Source: Andalucia godoyi And28
Taxonomy: Eukaryota; Protista; Jakobida
Assembly (NCBI GenBank): GCA_009859145.1
Contig: VRVR01000015.1
Span: forward strand, 49,417-113,416
Length of the DNA: 64,000 nt
Reading direction: 5' to 3'
Positions 61,984-64,000 of the stretch are shown here, in pieces (within the stretch, counting starts at the first letter, position 1; every line of letters starts with the position of its first letter). Made by a program: the position numbers and the translations under genes. The notes below the pieces were generated by a model. It made no database searches. It was not told the DNA's origin and was given only the letters and a program-made list of their open reading frames with translations.

Positions 61984-62622
61984 ATGAAAACCGCGCTCAT
62001 AATCACCGATGTCCAAAACGACTTTATCAGCGGTGCTCTTCCGGTTCCGCATGGACTCGAGGTAATCGCTCCGATCAATGCGCTGCGGACACACGGCGAG
62101 TTCGACCTCGTTGTGCTAACCCAGGATTGGCACCCGGCAACCCACAAGTCCTTTGCATCCAACAACCCTGTGCCCAACTTCAATGCTGATTGCGAGTGTG
62201 AATCGCATGCGGCCCCCTTTTCCGTGCGCGCGTCGGATGGCCAAGTGATGTGGCCAGACCACTGTCTGCAAGAGTCAACGGGCGCGGAGTTCCATCCGTT
62301 GTTGCTCGTGAACCGCGACACAGACATCATCGTACGTAAAGGCATGGTGGAATCGGTGGACTCGTACTCGGGGTTCTTTGACAATGACCGCAAATGCCCG
62401 ACTCCGCTTCACGCGATCTTGCAGCAGAACGGCATAGATACGCTCGTGGTATGCGGCCTGGCGACGGACTACTGCGTGCGGTCCACCGTTCGAGACGCCA
62501 TTGATCTCGGCTATCGAACGTTCTTTGTCAAGGATTGCTCGCGAGGCATTTCGGAGAATGACATCAACGTCAACGGCGCTATCACCGTCACTTCCCGTGA
62601 CTACATCCAACCACCGCAATAG
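61984..62622 (+). CDS. PNC1: Nicotinamidase/pyrazinamidase (isochorismatase family)
   Basis: ITDVQNDF, QDWHP, WPDHC, RKG..SVDSYSGF, CGLATDYCV provide the Asp-Lys-Cys triad and metal ligands. Confidence 0.96.
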   Translation: MKTALIITDVQNDFISGALPVPHGLEVIAPINALRTHGEFDLVVLTQDWHPATHKSFASNNPVPNFNADCECESHAAPFSVRASDGQVMWPDHCLQESTGAEFHPLLLVNRDTDIIVRKGMVESVDSYSGFFDNDRKCPTPLHAILQQNGIDTLVVCGLATDYCVRSTVRDAIDLGYRTFFVKDCSRGISENDINVNGAITVTSRDYIQPPQ

Positions 62623-62759
62623 CACACCTCGATACGCAATCGTCGGCCAACATGAACGAATCCCTGGGAGGAGGAGGAGGAAGAAGAAGAAGAAGAAGAA
62701 GCGAGAAAATAGTAAAATGACGATTTCTTTCACTTTTTCCTTGGTTGGTCGAGAACAGG

Positions 62760-63641
62760 CTAGAAGAGCGTGCCAGTGGGGGAGATAAACGGGACTTGAG
62801 AAGGCACTGCACCGTCGACGATCTTGCCGATCCAGAGTCTCCAGAAGTCGAGCAGCAGCGTGACGATCATCGCGGCACCAAACGCATCGACGGTGGCTCT
62901 TCCGGTTGTCCAGTGCACCTCGTCAGCCTTGTTCTCTGCGATGCGATAGTACATGGGGAATGACACAACAAAGTAGAGGGCATAACACATGGAACCGACT
63001 ATGTACATTGCATCGCGGTCGATGAAGGAGTAGTACGGGAAGCGCTCGATGGTCCATGTTTCCATGTATGCGGTGACGTAGCTCATGACGAGAATGAGCG
63101 CCCACCAGAAGACGAGCCCGAGCGACCGCGTCTTTCGCAGCAGCATTGTGGACAGTGTGTGGTAGAGGATAAAGTAGGCGTGTGTGCACGCAATCAGGAA
63201 GACCGGGACATCGTTCAGCCGATGTGCGTCCATCGTGTACTTTGCACCGAGCAGCGAGTAGAAATAGTGTGTCCAAAAGTAGTTTCCAATAAAGGAAAAC
63301 ACAAAAATCCATGCATTGGACTGCACTGAAAAGCGTGCGTGCCACGGCCTTGATGCTTCCACCGGTCCAATCCAGGACGGCGCAAACAACGAGATCAGAA
63401 TCGGAGGGAACATCAGAACAGCACCCACTGCCGCATACCACCAACGATCAAACTGTTCGTAGACCTCTGTCACCACAATCGCAGAGAAGAACAGCACCCA
63501 GCACACCGAGTACTTTACATAGAAGATTTCCGTCTCACGCTTCGCCGGCGTCGATGCAAACCAGCCCGACGAAGACGATCCGCCTCCTGCTGCAACGCGC
63601 TTTGTCATCAACGATGTCTTTGTCTTTTTCACACTCGACAT
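62760..63641 (-). CDS. CPI1: Cycloeucalenol cycloisomerase (cyclopropyl sterol isomerase)
   Basis: FIGNYFWTHYFYSLLGAKYT, THAYF, AYMETW, FPYYSF.DR..MY.VGS..YALYFVVSFPMYYRI, AAMIVTLLLDFWRL. Confidence 0.92.
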   Translation of the reverse strand: MSSVKKTKTSLMTKRVAAGGGSSSSGWFASTPAKRETEIFYVKYSVCWVLFFSAIVVTEVYEQFDRWWYAAVGAVLMFPPILISLFAPSWIGPVEASRPWHARFSVQSNAWIFVFSFIGNYFWTHYFYSLLGAKYTMDAHRLNDVPVFLIACTHAYFILYHTLSTMLLRKTRSLGLVFWWALILVMSYVTAYMETWTIERFPYYSFIDRDAMYIVGSMCYALYFVVSFPMYYRIAENKADEVHWTTGRATVDAFGAAMIVTLLLDFWRLWIGKIVDGAVPSQVPFISPTGTLF

Positions 63642-63691
63642 CCTTTACCTCCCTTTCTTCACCAGTTGTAGCGCCACCAGGAATCAAACCA

Positions 63692-63709
63692 GAGAGAGTG
63701 TGTGAGAGT

Positions 63710-63749
<40 letters not shown>

Positions 63750-63759
63750 ACACACACAC
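63692..63759. repeat. Compound (AG)n/(AC)n microsatellite upstream of CPI1
   Basis: Direct read. Confidence 0.9.
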
Positions 63760-64000
63760 TGCGACCGAAACGGTACGGGAAAACGTTCGGATGCTAGAAA
63801 TCGAAGGTTACGAAAAACCCTTCTACTAAACGCAGAGTCTGGCGAGGCAACTACAGCAGGTCGGCTATTACAACGTCCAGTCTGTGTGTCTTCAGTCGCA
63901 GTTCGAGTGTCGGACTAACTTACCCGAAATAGACAATTGCAACAGGCTCCTATCGTTACCCAAAGCATCCGGTATTGCTCGTGGTTTTGTGGTTTTGTGG

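Noticed and set aside
4905-62622. NAD/ADP-ribose gene cluster (Nudix, ADP-ribosylglycohydrolase, nicotinamidase)
   Set aside because: The genes are 25-30 kb apart and separated by many unrelated housekeeping genes; no evidence of clustering

Overview
Gene-dense, almost intron-free eukaryotic DNA (about 26 protein-coding genes, only one well-supported intron, AT-rich or microsatellite-filled spacers). Axonemal genes (RSP4/6, AK7), AP-4 sigma and cycloeucalenol cycloisomerase point to a flagellated, sterol-synthesising protist; the species cannot be identified from sequence alone. Most genes are recognisable housekeeping genes (Hsp110, USO1, CCT4, AP4S1, MCM5, Tudor-SN, SEN1-like helicase, PP2C, cytochrome b5 reductase, mucolipin, nicotinamidase, CPI1). 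The outstanding feature is an intronless 2209-aa ORF (18520-25149): a type II membrane anchor, a very long Ser/Gly/Thr-rich beta-repeat stalk with 277-aa internal repeats containing a 359-bp perfectly identical tract, and a C-terminal domain resembling phage tail-collar/fibre tips with an HxH motif. It is preceded directly by a 9x octamer array. It looks like a phage-tail-fibre-like protein converted into a glycosylated eukaryotic surface fibre. Other oddities: a stand-alone degenerate EDR1/ARMC3-type domain, a possible dead PD-(D/E)XK protein, a bacterial-type ADP-ribosylglycohydrolase, and two convergent gene pairs each separated by only 27 nt. All family calls are from motif recognition by eye; no database searches were run.
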